A DNA stretch of 64,000 nucleotides from Azolla caroliniana (GCA_043228905.1 JBHGNT010000015.1:8308001-8372000); one strand, 5' to 3'. Numbered from the stretch's first letter, positions 49,701-62,746 are shown. Translations and numbers: made by a program. Notes: generated by a model not told the origin, from the sequence alone.

Positions 49701-51319
49701 CTGCGCTCTAGCATGTGACTTCGTGTCTACTTGACACACATCCGTATGCACCAACTCCAGTGGTGCATTACGTCTCATCAGTGGCCTTGGTCGGAAGGAG
49801 GTTCGGTTTTACTTACCGTCCAGACAATCAGTGCACTTCTCCAAGTGCACGTTCTTCACTGGAATGAGGCTGTCGTCTGCAAGCTTCTTCATCCCCTTCT
49901 CACTCATATGACAAAGCCTCTTGTGCACAGCTCACCGGCAGTGTCGGATGCCACGTTCACTTCTTCCGGATATAACCGGCCATTCATTAGGTACAGTGTG
50001 TTGACCTTCCGGGCCCGAACCACAATCAGGCTCCCTTTGTTGAACTTCATGACACCGTTCCGGATGCTACCCGTGTAGCCTTCATCATCTAGCCGACCGG
50101 CTGATATCAGGTTCAGTCGAACCTCCGGAACGTGTCGGACATCCTTCAGCAGCAACTTGCATCCGGTTGGTGTTGTCAGCCACACGTCTCCTATGCCGAC
50201 AATTCGGCATGTACCTTCATTCCCCATCCGGACACAGCCGTGATCACCGGCTGCATAGAATGAGAAGCATTTCCGGTCCGGGGTAAGGTGGAACAACGCT
50301 CCGGAGTCTACCACCCAAGTCATCTCGTCGCCGGCAAAGTTTATTTCACTCTCCTCGGTGATTAGCATCAATTCTTCTTCACTTGCCGCGATTGCCGTTG
50401 TTCCCTTCCGGTCCGGCCCCCTCCGGTCTTTACCGTTTCGGTCCGGGGTCCGCTTCGAATCGGTACCGTCAGTTTCCTTGTCTTTTCGGAAATGCCGACA
50501 GTTCTTTCGGAAGTGTCCTGGCTTGCCACAATAGAAGCAAGTAGGCCTTCCCCTTGACTTTGACCATGTCCCCGACTTCTCCCGGTTCTAGGGACTACGG
50601 TTTCTATGTCTTCCGCGTTCCGATTCGGTAAGGAGCGCTTTGGAGTCGGAGCTCGTATCTTTATCTTTCCGACGCGCCTCCTCATCTAGCAAGCTCGACT
50701 TTACTCTTGCTAGGGATAACCGTTTTCCTTCCGGCCCGGCGTTGCCCAAAGTGACAACCAACGTTTCCCAGCTATCCGGGAGGGAACCGAGCAGGAGTAG
50801 CACTAGTACCTCATCGGCGAGAGGTACTTCCAATGAAGTTGCCTGGTGGATCAGCCCCTGGAAGGCATTCATGTGCTCTGCCATGCCGGAGCCATCTTGG
50901 TACCGAAGTCTTACTAGCTTCCGGAATACCGAAACCTGATTAACAACATTTTTGTTTTGAAACATAATGCCGATCTTCTCCCAGAGCTCATGAACCTTGC
51001 TCTCTTCATTGAAGTTTTTGTATAGGCTCATGTCGATGAAGCACCGTATGTACGTCGTTGTCTTCATGTGCATCACCTCCCATATTGTGGTGTCGATCTT
51101 GTCCGGTCTCTTGTCCCCGAACTGATCCGGTAACCAAAGATCTTTAACCATGAGCATCTCCCTCATCTTCGACTTCCACACTGAATAGTTGGAGCCGGTG
51201 AGCTTGAACACCGATTCGTCCATTTTCTGTGTCGTTTCGCTCTAATACCACTTGACGGGAACTGCACGCTCCCTATACGCAATGCTCAGCCACAACCGAG
51301 CTTAGAATCAAACACAGAA
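46711..51319 (-). mobile_element. Copia C (Tnt1/Tork-like) inserted in the Gypsy B 3' LTR; its 5' LTR is interrupted at 51320
   Basis: 3' LTR 46711-47387; PPT; gag-PR-INT-RT-RH order on the minus strand; PBS GCTCTAATACCA 51239-51250; 5' LTR begins 51253. Confidence 0.92.
47398..51223 (-). pseudogene. gag-pol: Copia C gag-pol (frameshifts, deletion in RT)
   Basis: WVVDSGA protease; LELVHTDVC..DNGGEY..NGLAERMN integrase; YVDDM RT. Confidence 0.9.
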
Positions 51320-51384
51320 TGTTGGGAGACAGGTCCCTCCGGATGGGAAGGGAGAAGAACACTGCCGACGAACAGACTACGGAG

Positions 51385-51995
51385 TACCCGGCTACGGTAT
51401 GAGGAGTACCCGGCTACGGAGAGCCGGATGATACAGACCCGGTGTGAACCGGATGAGGAGTACTCGGCTATGGAGAGCCGGATGGTGCAGGCCCGATATG
51501 AACCGGATGAGGAGTACCCGGCTACGGAGAGCCGGATGGTGCAAGCCCGGTATGAACCGGATGAGGAGTACCCTGCTACGGAGAGCCGGATGGTGCAGGC
51601 CCGGTATGAACCGGATGAGGAGTACCCGGCTACGGAGAGCCGGATGATACAGACCCGGTGTGAACCGGATGAGGAGTACCCGGCTACGGAGAGCCGGATG
51701 ATACAGACCCGGTGTGAACCGGATGAGGAGTACTCGGGTACGGAGAGCCGGATGGTGCAGGCCCGGTATGAACCGGATGAGGAGTACCCGGCTACGGAGA
51801 GCCGGATGGTGCAAGCCCAGTATGAACCGGATGAGGAGTACCCGGCTACGGAGAGCCGGATGGTGCAGGCCCGGTATGAACCGGATGAGGAGTACCCGGC
51901 TACGGAGAGCCGGATGGTGCAGGCCCGGTATGAACCGGATGAGGAGTACCCGGCTATGGAGAGCCGGATGATGCAGGCCCGGTATGAACCGGAGG
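51385..51995. repeat. About 11 copies of a 54-bp CCGG-rich unit in the Copia D LTR
   Basis: GAGTACCCGGCTACGGAGAGCCGGATGGTGCAGGCCCGGTATGAACCGGATGAG repeated. Confidence 0.95.
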
Positions 51996-53269
51996 AAGAG
52001 ACATATTTGTAAATATGTTTCTGAGAGCCCATTGTGGCTATATTTGTAAATAACCGAAAAGTCATATTAGTATAAATATGACTTAGGGCAAACTAATATT
52101 ATGTTGTTGTTATTCTTCCTTGTTGGTGCAAGAAGAAGAGAGAGTGCGTAACTGTACAGAGTGAGAGAGAGAGACGAGGTCATTGCCTCTGTTGTAACCG
52201 CCGCCTGTGGCGAAGATTTGTGAGCACGAGGTTGGTGCCTCAGTGAACTCACTGTTTTGTACATTCATACATAGTGACAGTTTGCAGCCTGTGGGCTGCC
52301 GTGGTTTTTCCCCTAGCTTGGGGTTTTCCACGTTAACCTCCTGTGTACCATTTCTCCTCTTTGTGTTGTGTTCTATTTCCCGTTTTCTGTGTATGAAAAG
52401 AATCTCGGTTGTGGCCGAGCGTTGGACATAAGGAACGACAAGTTCCCGTCAAGTGGTATCAGAGCGAAACGACACAGAAAATGGACGAATCGTTTGGCGG
52501 CATGTTCAAGCTCACCGGCTCCAACTAATCAGTGTGGAAGTCGAAGATGAGGGACATGCTCGTGGTTAAAGACCTCTGGCTGCCGGTTCAGTTCGGGGAC
52601 AAGAGACCGGACAAAATCGACGCCGCGATATGGGAGGTGATGCAAATGAAGACAACGGCGTACATACAGTGCTTCATCGACATGAGCCTGTACAACAACT
52701 TCAATGAAGAGAGCAAGGCTCATGAGCTCTGGGAGAAGATCGACATAATGTTTCAAAACAAAAATGATGTTAATCAAGTTTCTGTTAACTCTTCGGGCCG
52801 GACAATGGCCTAACACAGGGTGTCTACGGGAGACACTTCACCAAAGGGTGTTACGGCAACCGGATTAGACTTCAACGCCTAATTCGACTTATTTAAGTTA
52901 CTTATTAGGATCGTCTTCATAACACGCGTAAGATATAACAATTAAGACAGGACGGCAATTAACACAGAGATATAACAACGCTTAACCTTTCATTAATTAA
53001 CCGCTAACTATTACATTGTATTCGGGCCTTTAAATAGGTTTCCAGTCTGTATTACAAAACGGTGCCATCCGCACCTGTTCGGGATCGGTCCGGATCCGGA
53101 ACGGCATACCGATTCCGGTCCGTCCGTCCACACTCATAGCTTAATTACAACCACATTCCTATTACTTAATTAGCTCTCCGTTTCCCACTCTGGACTCCTT
53201 TGTCGGCCGGTAACACATGGCACGCCCGTGGGACAGTACCTTGTACGTCGAATCCACAACCGACCCTTG

Positions 53270-56060
53270 CTATTCTTCGTCCAAAATGTCCAGAATGCTT
53301 TGTTCGAGAGGCTCCAATGGTTCATCTGGAAGTGGTTGTTGTTGTTGTTGTTGTTGTTGCGCTGTTGTTGTTTGCTGCGGCGGGTCCGTTGGTGGTTGTT
53401 GCGGCTGCTCCTCCGTTTGTGGCTCTGACACCGGCGTCTCTGTCGTTGCTCCCTGCGTCGTAGTGGTCTCCGGTTGACTGGTTCCCGGCTGGCCCTCAGC
53501 CGCCGACGGTTCCTCATCACTAAGGTTAACCGTTGTCGCTTCCCGTGCTTTTTCTTCCCGTACCCGGGACCGCTCGTAGCTTTCAAACTGGATTTGAGCG
53601 TCCAGCCTATCATCGTCCAGCTGAGCTACGAGCTGCTTGACCTGCGCCAGCTGTTCATCTGCCAGGACTTGGAAGTCGTCGGCCAGCTCGTCCCGTATGG
53701 CGGTGAAGTCCTCAGAAGTCAACGTATAACAATCATCTCCTTCCTTCCGCCAGTTTGCCACATCCGCCCGTAGCAACTGGAGTTCCGCCGCGTTTTGTGC
53801 CCACTTTGTCCACCATTTCACGGAGCTTTCATCAATCAAGTGTTTCGTCTGATTCAGCCATGCCCGGAGGATGGACTGAATCCGGCTCGTTCCCAATTGC
53901 GATTTGGTTTCCGCCGCTTGCCGTTCCTCCTTCAGTTGTTTGATGATTTTAACGTTGTCCTCTGCCTGCGCCTTGTAATGCATCAATTGCCTTTCATATG
54001 TGCTTTGTAATTTCTGCAATACTGTTGACGCTCCTCTCTCTTTGTCTTCCTGCTGCTGCATCTGGAGCTCCATCCGGACCTTCTCCGCCTCTTCCAAGCG
54101 TCTTGTATTTTCTGCTCGTTCGTCGGTGATCGCCGTCGCGGCCCGATCAACTGCCTGCTGGAGCTCGGCCATCCGTTCTTTATGCTCCGTTTCCAGCCGT
54201 TTGTAGTCTCGGTGCAGGTGCTCAAAATCATCCGTCTTTTGCTTGAGTCGTGCGTTGATCTGACGACGGGCCCAGTCCTCGCGGTCCTTCTGCTGGCGGA
54301 GCTCTTCCTTTAGCCATTCAATCTCTGTTTCCGCCGTTTTCTGCAGCTTGTCCCTTTCCTGCAGCACTTTGTCTTTCTCCTCCTTTAGCCGGTCGTACGC
54401 TTGATGGCCTTTCCGGAGGCTCTCCTCTGCCTGGCAGAGGTTCTCAGCAGTCTTCTTTACTTCGGCTTCGGCCGCCGTCTTCAATTCTCGTTCACGGCTC
54501 CTTAGCGCTTCTTGTGCGGCAAGTTCCTCTCTTAATTCCGCAAGCTCCCGAGCTTGCGCTGCATCTCTCGCCGAAACGGTTTCCGTTGTCAAGGTCTTAT
54601 TGCTATGCACAGGTCGTTCCGTTTCTTTATTCTGTACACTTACCGGAGTCACCGGTGATTGGATCCGTATTTTGGCCATCTCTGTCGTGACCTGATCCAA
54701 ATCTTTTTCAAGGCACCGGATTCTGGACCGGGCCGTCTCTAGTTGTTCGGTTGTGACGAGCAACCGTTCGCTTTGCGCTCTTTCTTCCGCCTCTATATAC
54801 CCCACTGCTCCGGCTATCTGTTCGCCTATCCACCGGAGCCACAAGCTACCGGCGCCTTGTTGTGCTTGCACGGAGGTTTGATAGATGGGCTCACTTGTAG
54901 AGGGGTGGTCCCACCTGGTTGCTCCGAGTTGCAGCTCCTTTTCCGCCCGTGGACCATCCTGTTGTCCTGGTTCCCCTTGCGCTTCCTCTTGGCTGACCGA
55001 GGGAGGCTGCAGTGACCTTTCCGGCTCTGGCGGGATGGGACTTGCCGGTGTTGCCGGTGGTGCCGGGTCTTTTGTTTCTGGTGCCATCTGCACCGGTTCC
55101 GGTTCCGGTTCTGGTTCCTTCCTTGGCGTGGGAGTCTCAGTCTGGGGAGCCGGTGTTCCCTCCGTCTGAGGGTCTGAACGTTTCCCGGCTGTCTCAACGG
55201 TCCTTGCCGACGACCGTCGCTGGAGGTGCTCCATAGGCTCCTCCTCTATTTCCTCCTCCTGAGCTCCGGCATTGAGTTTTGCCGCCAAGGGGTCCACTTC
55301 TTGATTCACGGGTCGGCGGAGTGTGACCTTTACGGGCCGTGCCGGTGGTTTCTCATGCGCCTCCGTTGGGCGCTTCCGGCTTCCGCTTCCTGCTGCCGCC
55401 TGTTCTGCATCCACCGCCTTTCCCTTACTGGCCTTAGAGGCCAACAGGTGTTGCCGTTTGGAAGCCGTCCTTGGGGTGCCGTCCGGCACTCTTCCTCGCT
55501 TCTTGGGCTGGACGGTCTGAACGGGTGGCACCAGCAAGGTGAGCCACTGCGTTACGACGTGCCATATCCTTCGTCCGTCTCAGCCTTCTTTGCCGTCTTT
55601 GCCTCTGATGATCTTGATCGCCACACACAACCCGTCTGCAATCAATACCGGCCAATCCACCTTGATCCCTTCATAGGTGGCGATGATCATCCCTGCCTAG
55701 TTCTCCGGCATGACAGGTGGTCTAGGGTATACGTGGTTGTATTCATGGAGCACACGAGCAATTTCGCGGACCAGCATATCTCCGCCGCCCTGTGTCTGGT
55801 AGCCCTTGCTGGCTAGAGAGTACTCACCAAAATACCTGATGAGTTGCTCCGGGGTTGGATTGTCGATCGTGAGTATGCCTCCCTCCGGAAGGCCAGTTAA
55901 CGCTCGAATCGCCTGTGCCGTTATGACCTCTGTATCAATTTCCTTGATCACTTTGTCGGCTTCTTTGTGTGGCGGTACTTCCATCATCATCAAGAAGCCC
56001 TCGAGCCCGTGTTGCTTCAGCCATGTCTTGGCGGCTTCCGACAGCGTTTGCGGGTCCATT
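53270..56060 (-). pseudogene. Gypsy E extra ORF (globular N-terminus, Pro-rich linker, long coiled coil, Q/T-rich tail); stop at 55697 and frameshift near 55540
   Basis: ORFs 55697-56281 and 53270-55537 lie downstream of integrase on the sense strand; homolog at 1840-3040. Confidence 0.78.
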
Positions 56061-56432
56061 TCTGTGTCGGGGTCGGACTGCGGTGACGAGGATGGATGGT
56101 GATGAGAGTGGGGTTGAGAAAGAGAGAGTTCAGAAGGCGGGGGTTCTCTGTGCGCAGGTTCTCGTCTGATGATCTTGCAGCGTTTCGGTGCTTCTGTGCT
56201 CCTGGGTTCGCGAAAATAGAGGGTCTCTACGCGCAATGGTTTTTGTCTGTGCATTCTGGCGCCTATTTCGAGTTTGTGCATGTCGCGTACTTAAAATAGC
56301 ATTATGTCCTATGGTGGCGCTTTAAATTCCCACTACGTACCTTTTCGCTCCACGCTCTTTCATCCATTCATTCCTCGCTTTTGCATGATTGTTTTTTTTT
56401 TTTTTTCTGTTATTATTATTATTAGTGTGACG

Positions 56433-59400
56433 TCACATGTCCGTTGGTTCTCTCGGACCCTTACCGGCCTCATTCTCTCTGGTTCCCGGCTTGCCGTCTC
56501 TGCCGTCTTGGTGGTTGCCGTCAGTCCTTTCCTCAAACGGGTTCTCTGGCATTGGTCCTCTATATGCCTTTAACCGGAATCCGTTGACCCATTTGCCCAG
56601 CACTTCGCCGGCAAGTGTCCCCAACTGGTAGGACCCATTATACTCCCATGTTAGCCAATATGGTCCGGTCCATCGAAACCTTAGTTTACCCGGCAATTTG
56701 CCCATCCGGGTTTGGAATACTAACACCGGTTTGCCGATTGCGAACATTTTTTCGTTACCTTTCCTGTGTCGGTCGACGAATGCTTTCCGTCGTCGTTGCT
56801 CCAATTCTAAATGTAGGATGCTGGCCAACCGTTGTTCCTCCAGCTCACACAACGTTGTCAACCTTATTGTCTCCGACTCCTTCTCGTTCAGCCGTTCTCG
56901 TAGCTGGATCCATAAGCTAGGTACTTGAAATTCTACCGGCATGACCGCCTCGAGTCCGAACGCCAACCGGAACGGTGTTGTTCGAATGCTCGTTTTGTAT
57001 GCCGTCCGGTATGCCCAAAGCGCGCTATGTAGCTTTGTGTCCCAATCCGTCCGGTTTTCGTTGACGATCTTCCGAAGGATGTTCTGGAGCGTCTTGTTTG
57101 TTGATTCCGCTAATCCGTCCGCCTGTGGATAGTAAGGTGTGCTTCGTTTGTGGACCACGGCATAGAAGGTCGTTAGGCTTTCCACTACTTGTCCGAGAAA
57201 GTGCCCCCCTTGGTCACTTATCAATTCAATGGGGCATCCGTAACGGCACCAGATGTACTCATATAGAAACTTTGTCGTTGACGCAGCGGTGTTATCCCGT
57301 AACGTTTTGGCCTCCACCCATTTCGTGCAGTAATCCGTAGCAACGATAACGTACCGATTACCCGTTCTCATTGCCGGTGGCTTGAACGGTCCTAAAAAGT
57401 CCAGCCCCCACTTTTGGAATGGCTCGAGTGGTAGTACCGGCTGGTGTGGCATACGAGCCTGCTCCGTTGGTTGGCCCATTCTCTGGCATAGGTCACATTC
57501 TTTTGCGTACCGTACCGCATCTCTTAATGTCGTTGGCCACCATAGGCCACTTTGCCATATTTTTCTGGCCGTCGCATCTCCAGCATAGTGACCTCCGGCA
57601 ACTCCGCAGTGGGCTTCCCTCAGTATCAGTTCCTTTTCATCACTGCGCACCGCCCGTCTCCATATGCCGTCAGCACCCTTGTGGTACAGTGTGTCTTGCA
57701 GTAAGCAGAAATGTCGGCTTTGTACCGCCAGGCGTTTCCGTTCGTCCCGGTTCAGCTCTTCCGGAGGCAGTCCTGTGCTCAGAAACTGGTGCATATTTGT
57801 GAGCCACTTGTCTTCCTGGGCCACTGTCTCATTTGCTGCCGTCTCCGTAGTGACTCGAAATAGCTCCGCATCCGGAAACTCATCCGGTACTCCGTCACCC
57901 GTCTATCCGGACTCCAATCGGCTTAAGTAATCTGCTACGGCATGCTGTATACCGGGTCGGTGGAATATTTCAAACTCGAACTCCTGTAACAATAAGGTCC
58001 ACCGGGCCAATTTGCCGATGAGTGACGCTTTGGACACCAAGTAAAGGAGTGCCAAATGATCTACATGGAAGGAAAACTTCCTTCCCAATAAATAATGCCG
58101 AAACTTTGTCACACTGTAGATCATTCCTAGAGCTTCCCGTTCCGTAGTAGAGTAGTTCCGTTCTGCTTGGGATAGCTTCAGGCTGGCATAGTACACTGGC
58201 CGGTACCACTTTGGTTCCGTAAGCTGCATCAGTACGCTTCCGATTGCGATGTCGGAGGCGTCCACGAACACGTGAAATTCTTTACTCCAATCTGGAGGTT
58301 GTACTACCGGTGCCTGCGACAATAGTACCTTGAGGGCCTTATACGCCCTATCCTCAGTATCGGTCCACTGGAATGGTGTCCGATGTACGGCGGCATGTAA
58401 TGGTGTAGCCAGGTCGGCCAAGTCTCGGAGCATCCGGCTGTGCCACCGGATCTGGCCTAAGAACTGGCTTAACGCCTTTGTCGTTGCCAGCGCCGGTGCT
58501 TCTAATATGGCTTTCACTTTGTCCGGGTTGACTGCAATACCTTCCTGGCTCATGATATGTCCTAATAAAGTTCCACTGGACACGCCAAATACACACTTTG
58601 CCAAATTCAAGCTTAGCCGGTACGCTCTACACTTTTCTAGACAAAGACGGAGGTGCTGAAAATGGTCCTCCTCCCGGCTATAGATGGCGAAATCGTCAAG
58701 GAAAACCTGCATAAAAGCCGGTATATATTCACCGAAGATTTCCATGATGATTCGTTGAAACGTTGCCGGTGCCGTTTTGAGTCTGAACATCATCACCACG
58801 ACCACAAACACCCCCCATTCGGTGACGAATGTCGTTTTCTCTTGGTCGTCGGGGTGCATCCGGATCTGATTATACCCGCTGAATCCGTCTAGGAAGCTAT
58901 AGACCTCGTGGCCGGCGACGGCATCCAACACTCCATCTGTGAACGGAAGTGGAAACGCATCCGTTACCGTAGCCGCATTGAGTTTCCGGTAGTCCACGCA
59001 AACTCGAATTTTTCCGTTCTTCTTCGGTACGACTACGATCGGGCTCAGCCATGTCGCTTTCTTTACCGGACGGATAAAGCCAACTCTTAGCAGTTTGTCG
59101 ATTTCTTCCTTGACCTTGGCAGCATAATTGGGATTCATCCGGTACCGTCTTTGTGCCACTGGTTTTGCGTCCTTGCATAAGTGCACTTGATGCTGGTATA
59201 CATCGAGTCCTCACATGTCTTCGTATGACCAGGCGAATACGTCGCGAAATTCCGTGAGAAGTGTTATCATCGCCGTTTTGTCTCCGGACTTCATCTCCTT
59301 GGCGATGTGCACCAATTTTTCTTCGTCCGTGGTGCCTAAATTCCCCTCTTCCAGTTGCGATGCTTTTACGCGCTGTGAAACGGCCATTTCCCGTTCCAAC

Positions 59401-62260
59401 GCTTCCTGCGCTTGCCGTAACTCCCGGATTGCGTCTTTATCCGGTTCTGCTTCCGCCTCTTCCGGTTGCGGTAAGTACGGTGCTACGGCTTCGGCAATGT
59501 CAATTTCGAAGAGGGGTATGATCTTCGGGTTTTCCTGCAGGTATTGAGCTTCTTCTTCGTCCGCTAACCCTTCGAGCATGTTGACGCATTCCGCATACAA
59601 CGGTGTACATTCCTTGCCAGTGCTCGTCCTTGGTTGTGTTGGTACCCGTACCTTGGCTTTTCCTCGCCGGAAGGTAATTATATTTTTTCGCCAATTCTGT
59701 TTGATATGTGCCGTTTTCAACCATGGCCGCCCCAGCAATAGCGGGTATGCGCCCTGTGCCTGTAATTGTAGCACTATGGCCTAGATGTGAAATGTATGAC
59801 CGCCGACGGTGACTTCTAATTTCCGTATTAATCTTGCCGGCCGTACTGAGCTTGTATCAGCCATCCGCAACCAGAACGGACACGGCTCCCACTCGTGGAT
59901 TCCTAGGTCATCACACATCCGGAGGCTTATTACATTTACCCCAGAGCCTCCATCTATGACTGTGCCGGGAAGTTCTTTCCCTTTTACAATGGCAGTGATT
60001 ACCGGACTGCTGGTGTCTACCACCGTTGGTCCCTCCTCCGGATTCAAGAAGAGTACCGGTGCCGGTGATGGTTCTCCTGCCGTCATGGCCGTCTTCAGTC
60101 CTTCCGTGAATCTTGGCACGAGTTGTAGGAGTCTTCCTAGTGGTAACGTAATCTGGCATTCTTGCAACGCCTGCCATGTCTCGTTCTCGGAGTGACTGCC
60201 GTCGGCAAGCCCTGCGGTGTTCTCCTTTTGCTGCTGTAAGTCTGTGACATTCTGCTCGTTTGCTTTCTTTACCCATTCCGTTGCTTGTTTCCGGATGGTC
60301 TCCTGTGTCTCCCATTCTTTGGCCATGCCCTTCGACCTTGTGGTCACCTGCTGCAGGTCTGCCACTTCAGGGACTACCATATTTACCGCCGGTCGTTTTT
60401 CATAGCTCTTCACCGGGCATTGGTTACTATAATGGCCTTCCTGTCGGCAGTAGTAGCAGTAGGCCTTCCGGGTATTGCTAGATTCGGCATTGTCTGTTGT
60501 GCCCGGGACAGGTCCTACGGTACGCGCGGGGTTTTGTACTGGTTGGCTACTTGGAGCTCCTTGTTCCGGATCCCGGGGGTAGCCGCCTTTTTTAAAATGC
60601 CGTTTCTTGTTATAGCTTTTCTTATTACGGTACTCTTGAAGGGGTTGCCCGTTATATCTGTCGTATTCCTCCCGTTGCTGACGATACCCGGGGGAGTGCT
60701 CCCGGTCGTATTGTTCGTATCGTCTATTGTAATCCTGGTATCGATTATGCCGGTCATAGTTCTCTCGCCGGTCTCCGTACCGGACATCATTTTCCCGTTG
60801 ATCGCCATCCCGGACATCATTTTCCCGTCGCTCGCCATACCGGACATCATTTTCCCGTCGCTCGCCATACCGGACATCCTGTGCCGGTCGGTCACGGGCC
60901 ATTCGCCGCCAGCGTTCGTCTTCTTCATCCCGGTTGCTGCGTGGCTCAATTTGTCGGACGGGCGGTGCTTGCCGAGTCAACAGATTATACTCACACCTAT
61001 CCGTCGTATGGCTCTTGGATTGACAGATTACACATTGCGTCCTCATAGTGCATTCTAGAGCCGAGTGTCCGGAGTTCAAGCAGGTTGTGCACTGTATTGC
61101 TTGCCGAAACCGGAGGTCTTCATCGGACGGTAACGCTCGTTGAAGTGCGCCCAGTGTGAGCCAGGAGCTTGTCTTTTCCATCTCTTTCACCCGGTCAATG
61201 ACCTGGTCGATGGTACTTGTGCGGAAATCGATTACCGTGCAAACCGTGCGTAGCCGGAGCGCGTTTAAGAATATCGTCCGTAATTCCTCCTCCGGGGGTG
61301 CACGGGTAAGCTGACTATGCATCCATTGAAACCGGATGACAAATTGGGGAATGCTCTCCCCTGCCTCTTGCCGGATGGTATAAAATAAGCCTACCATTAC
61401 GGTCTATTCCACCTCCTTTTGAAAAAAATGCATGAATTTAGCTTTTAAATCTGCAAAGGTGTTGATGGTAGACGGGTCCTGCGTCCGGCGCCATCTTGCT
61501 GTTGGTCCCTCCAATGTGACGCCAAATTCCGCTATCTTAGAGCGTTCTTCTTCTTCTGGGGTCAGTCATTGGGACACATGGTTGGCTTCCCATGTCTGTT
61601 CAAAGGCGTGCACATGAGCTTCCGCGTCCGGATCATCTCTATACTTGGAGTACTGGAACGGCATGTCGTCGTCCGGTATCGGTGCGCGGGCTGGTAGTGT
61701 TGGTGCTCGTTCCGGAATTTTCTCCGGTGTCGGTGGTCTTTCCCGATTTGATTCCGGTGTCGGTTGTTTCTCTTCCTTTGGTGACGGAGGCCTCTCCTCT
61801 TCGACTTCTGGTGTCGGAGGTCGTTCTTCCTTTGCTGGTTCCGGGGGTTCCAGCGTTAGCACTTCCGGTTCCGGTTCCGGTGTCGGTAAGGTATCCGATC
61901 CTTCGTCCTCCGGTCCGCCCGGGGTTTCGTTGCTGCTACGGTAGTTCGTGTGCACGTTGTATTCCCCTTCGGAGTCCGATTCGTATGCTGAAAAGGCCTC
62001 TGCTTCGCCTTCTCCGTTTGCCAACGCGTGGAGAAGGGATTCGGTTTCCCGGAGGCTGCTTAGGCTGCTGCCGTCGTCCGGCTGCGATGTTTGCTGTAAC
62101 CAGAGGGAGTCCTCTACTACTCTCCGGATTACGTTGGAAAACGAGCGATCCGCTCTAATTTCCTGTGCCGCTTGCTGGAAAGCCTTGCGTCTCCTTTGCC
62201 TTTCGGCAAGGCGTCGAGTTCGATCTGTAACCAGGTCGTGCATTGATCTAGACATCCATC
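56433..62260 (-). pseudogene. gag-pol: Gypsy E gag-pol
   Basis: Three CCHC knuckles; VIDGGSGVN protease; FLDGFSGYNQI..FLDD RT; FVDASD RNase H; HCG..GHY..CDLC and YYPQADGLAE integrase. Confidence 0.92.
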
Positions 62261-62746
62261 CGTGCCGTCGTTCGCTGCAAAAACAGGAATCGTGGTCGCC
62301 AAAAGCTGTGTTAACTCTTTGGGCCGGACAATGGCCTAACACAGGGTGTCTACGGGAGACACTTCACCAAAGGGTGTTACGGCAACCAGATTAGACTTCA
62401 ATGCTTAATTCGACTTAATTAAGTTACTTATTAGGATCGTCTTCATAACACGCGTAAGATATAACAATTAAGACAGGACGGCAATTAACACAGAGATATA
62501 ACAACGCTTAACCTTTCATTAATTAACCGCTAACTATTACAATGTATCCGGGCCTTTAAATAGGTTTCCGGTCTGTATTACAAAACGGTGCCATCCGCAC
62601 CTGTTCGGGATCGGTCCGGATCCGGAACGGCATACCGATTCCGGTCCGTCCGTCCACACTCATAGCTTAATTACAACCACATTCCTATTACTTAATTAGC
62701 TCTCCGTTTCCCACTCTAGACTCCTTTGCCGGCCGGTAACAGTTTC

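Larger units (their letters stand above)
52783..62741 (-). mobile_element. Full-length non-chromovirus Gypsy E (Athila/Tat-related) with a 3' extra ORF
   Basis: 433-bp LTRs 62309-62741 (5') and 52783-53215 (3'); TSD GTTTC (52778-52782, 62742-62746); PBS TGGCGACCAC on the minus strand at 62292-62301. Confidence 0.94.

Noticed and set aside
51286-52065. Repetitive ORFs (259 aa minus, 194 aa plus; similar ones at 562-921 and 41048-41584)
   Set aside because: By-products of a stop-free 54-bp (multiple of 3) LTR repeat, open in several frames on both strands
53216-62308. Possibility that E's internal region is simply inverted between its LTRs
   Set aside because: The LTR TATA-like motif and the TGGCGACCAC PBS agree with the coding strand, no PPT exists in either orientation, and the same layout recurs in an independent family at 1075-3535
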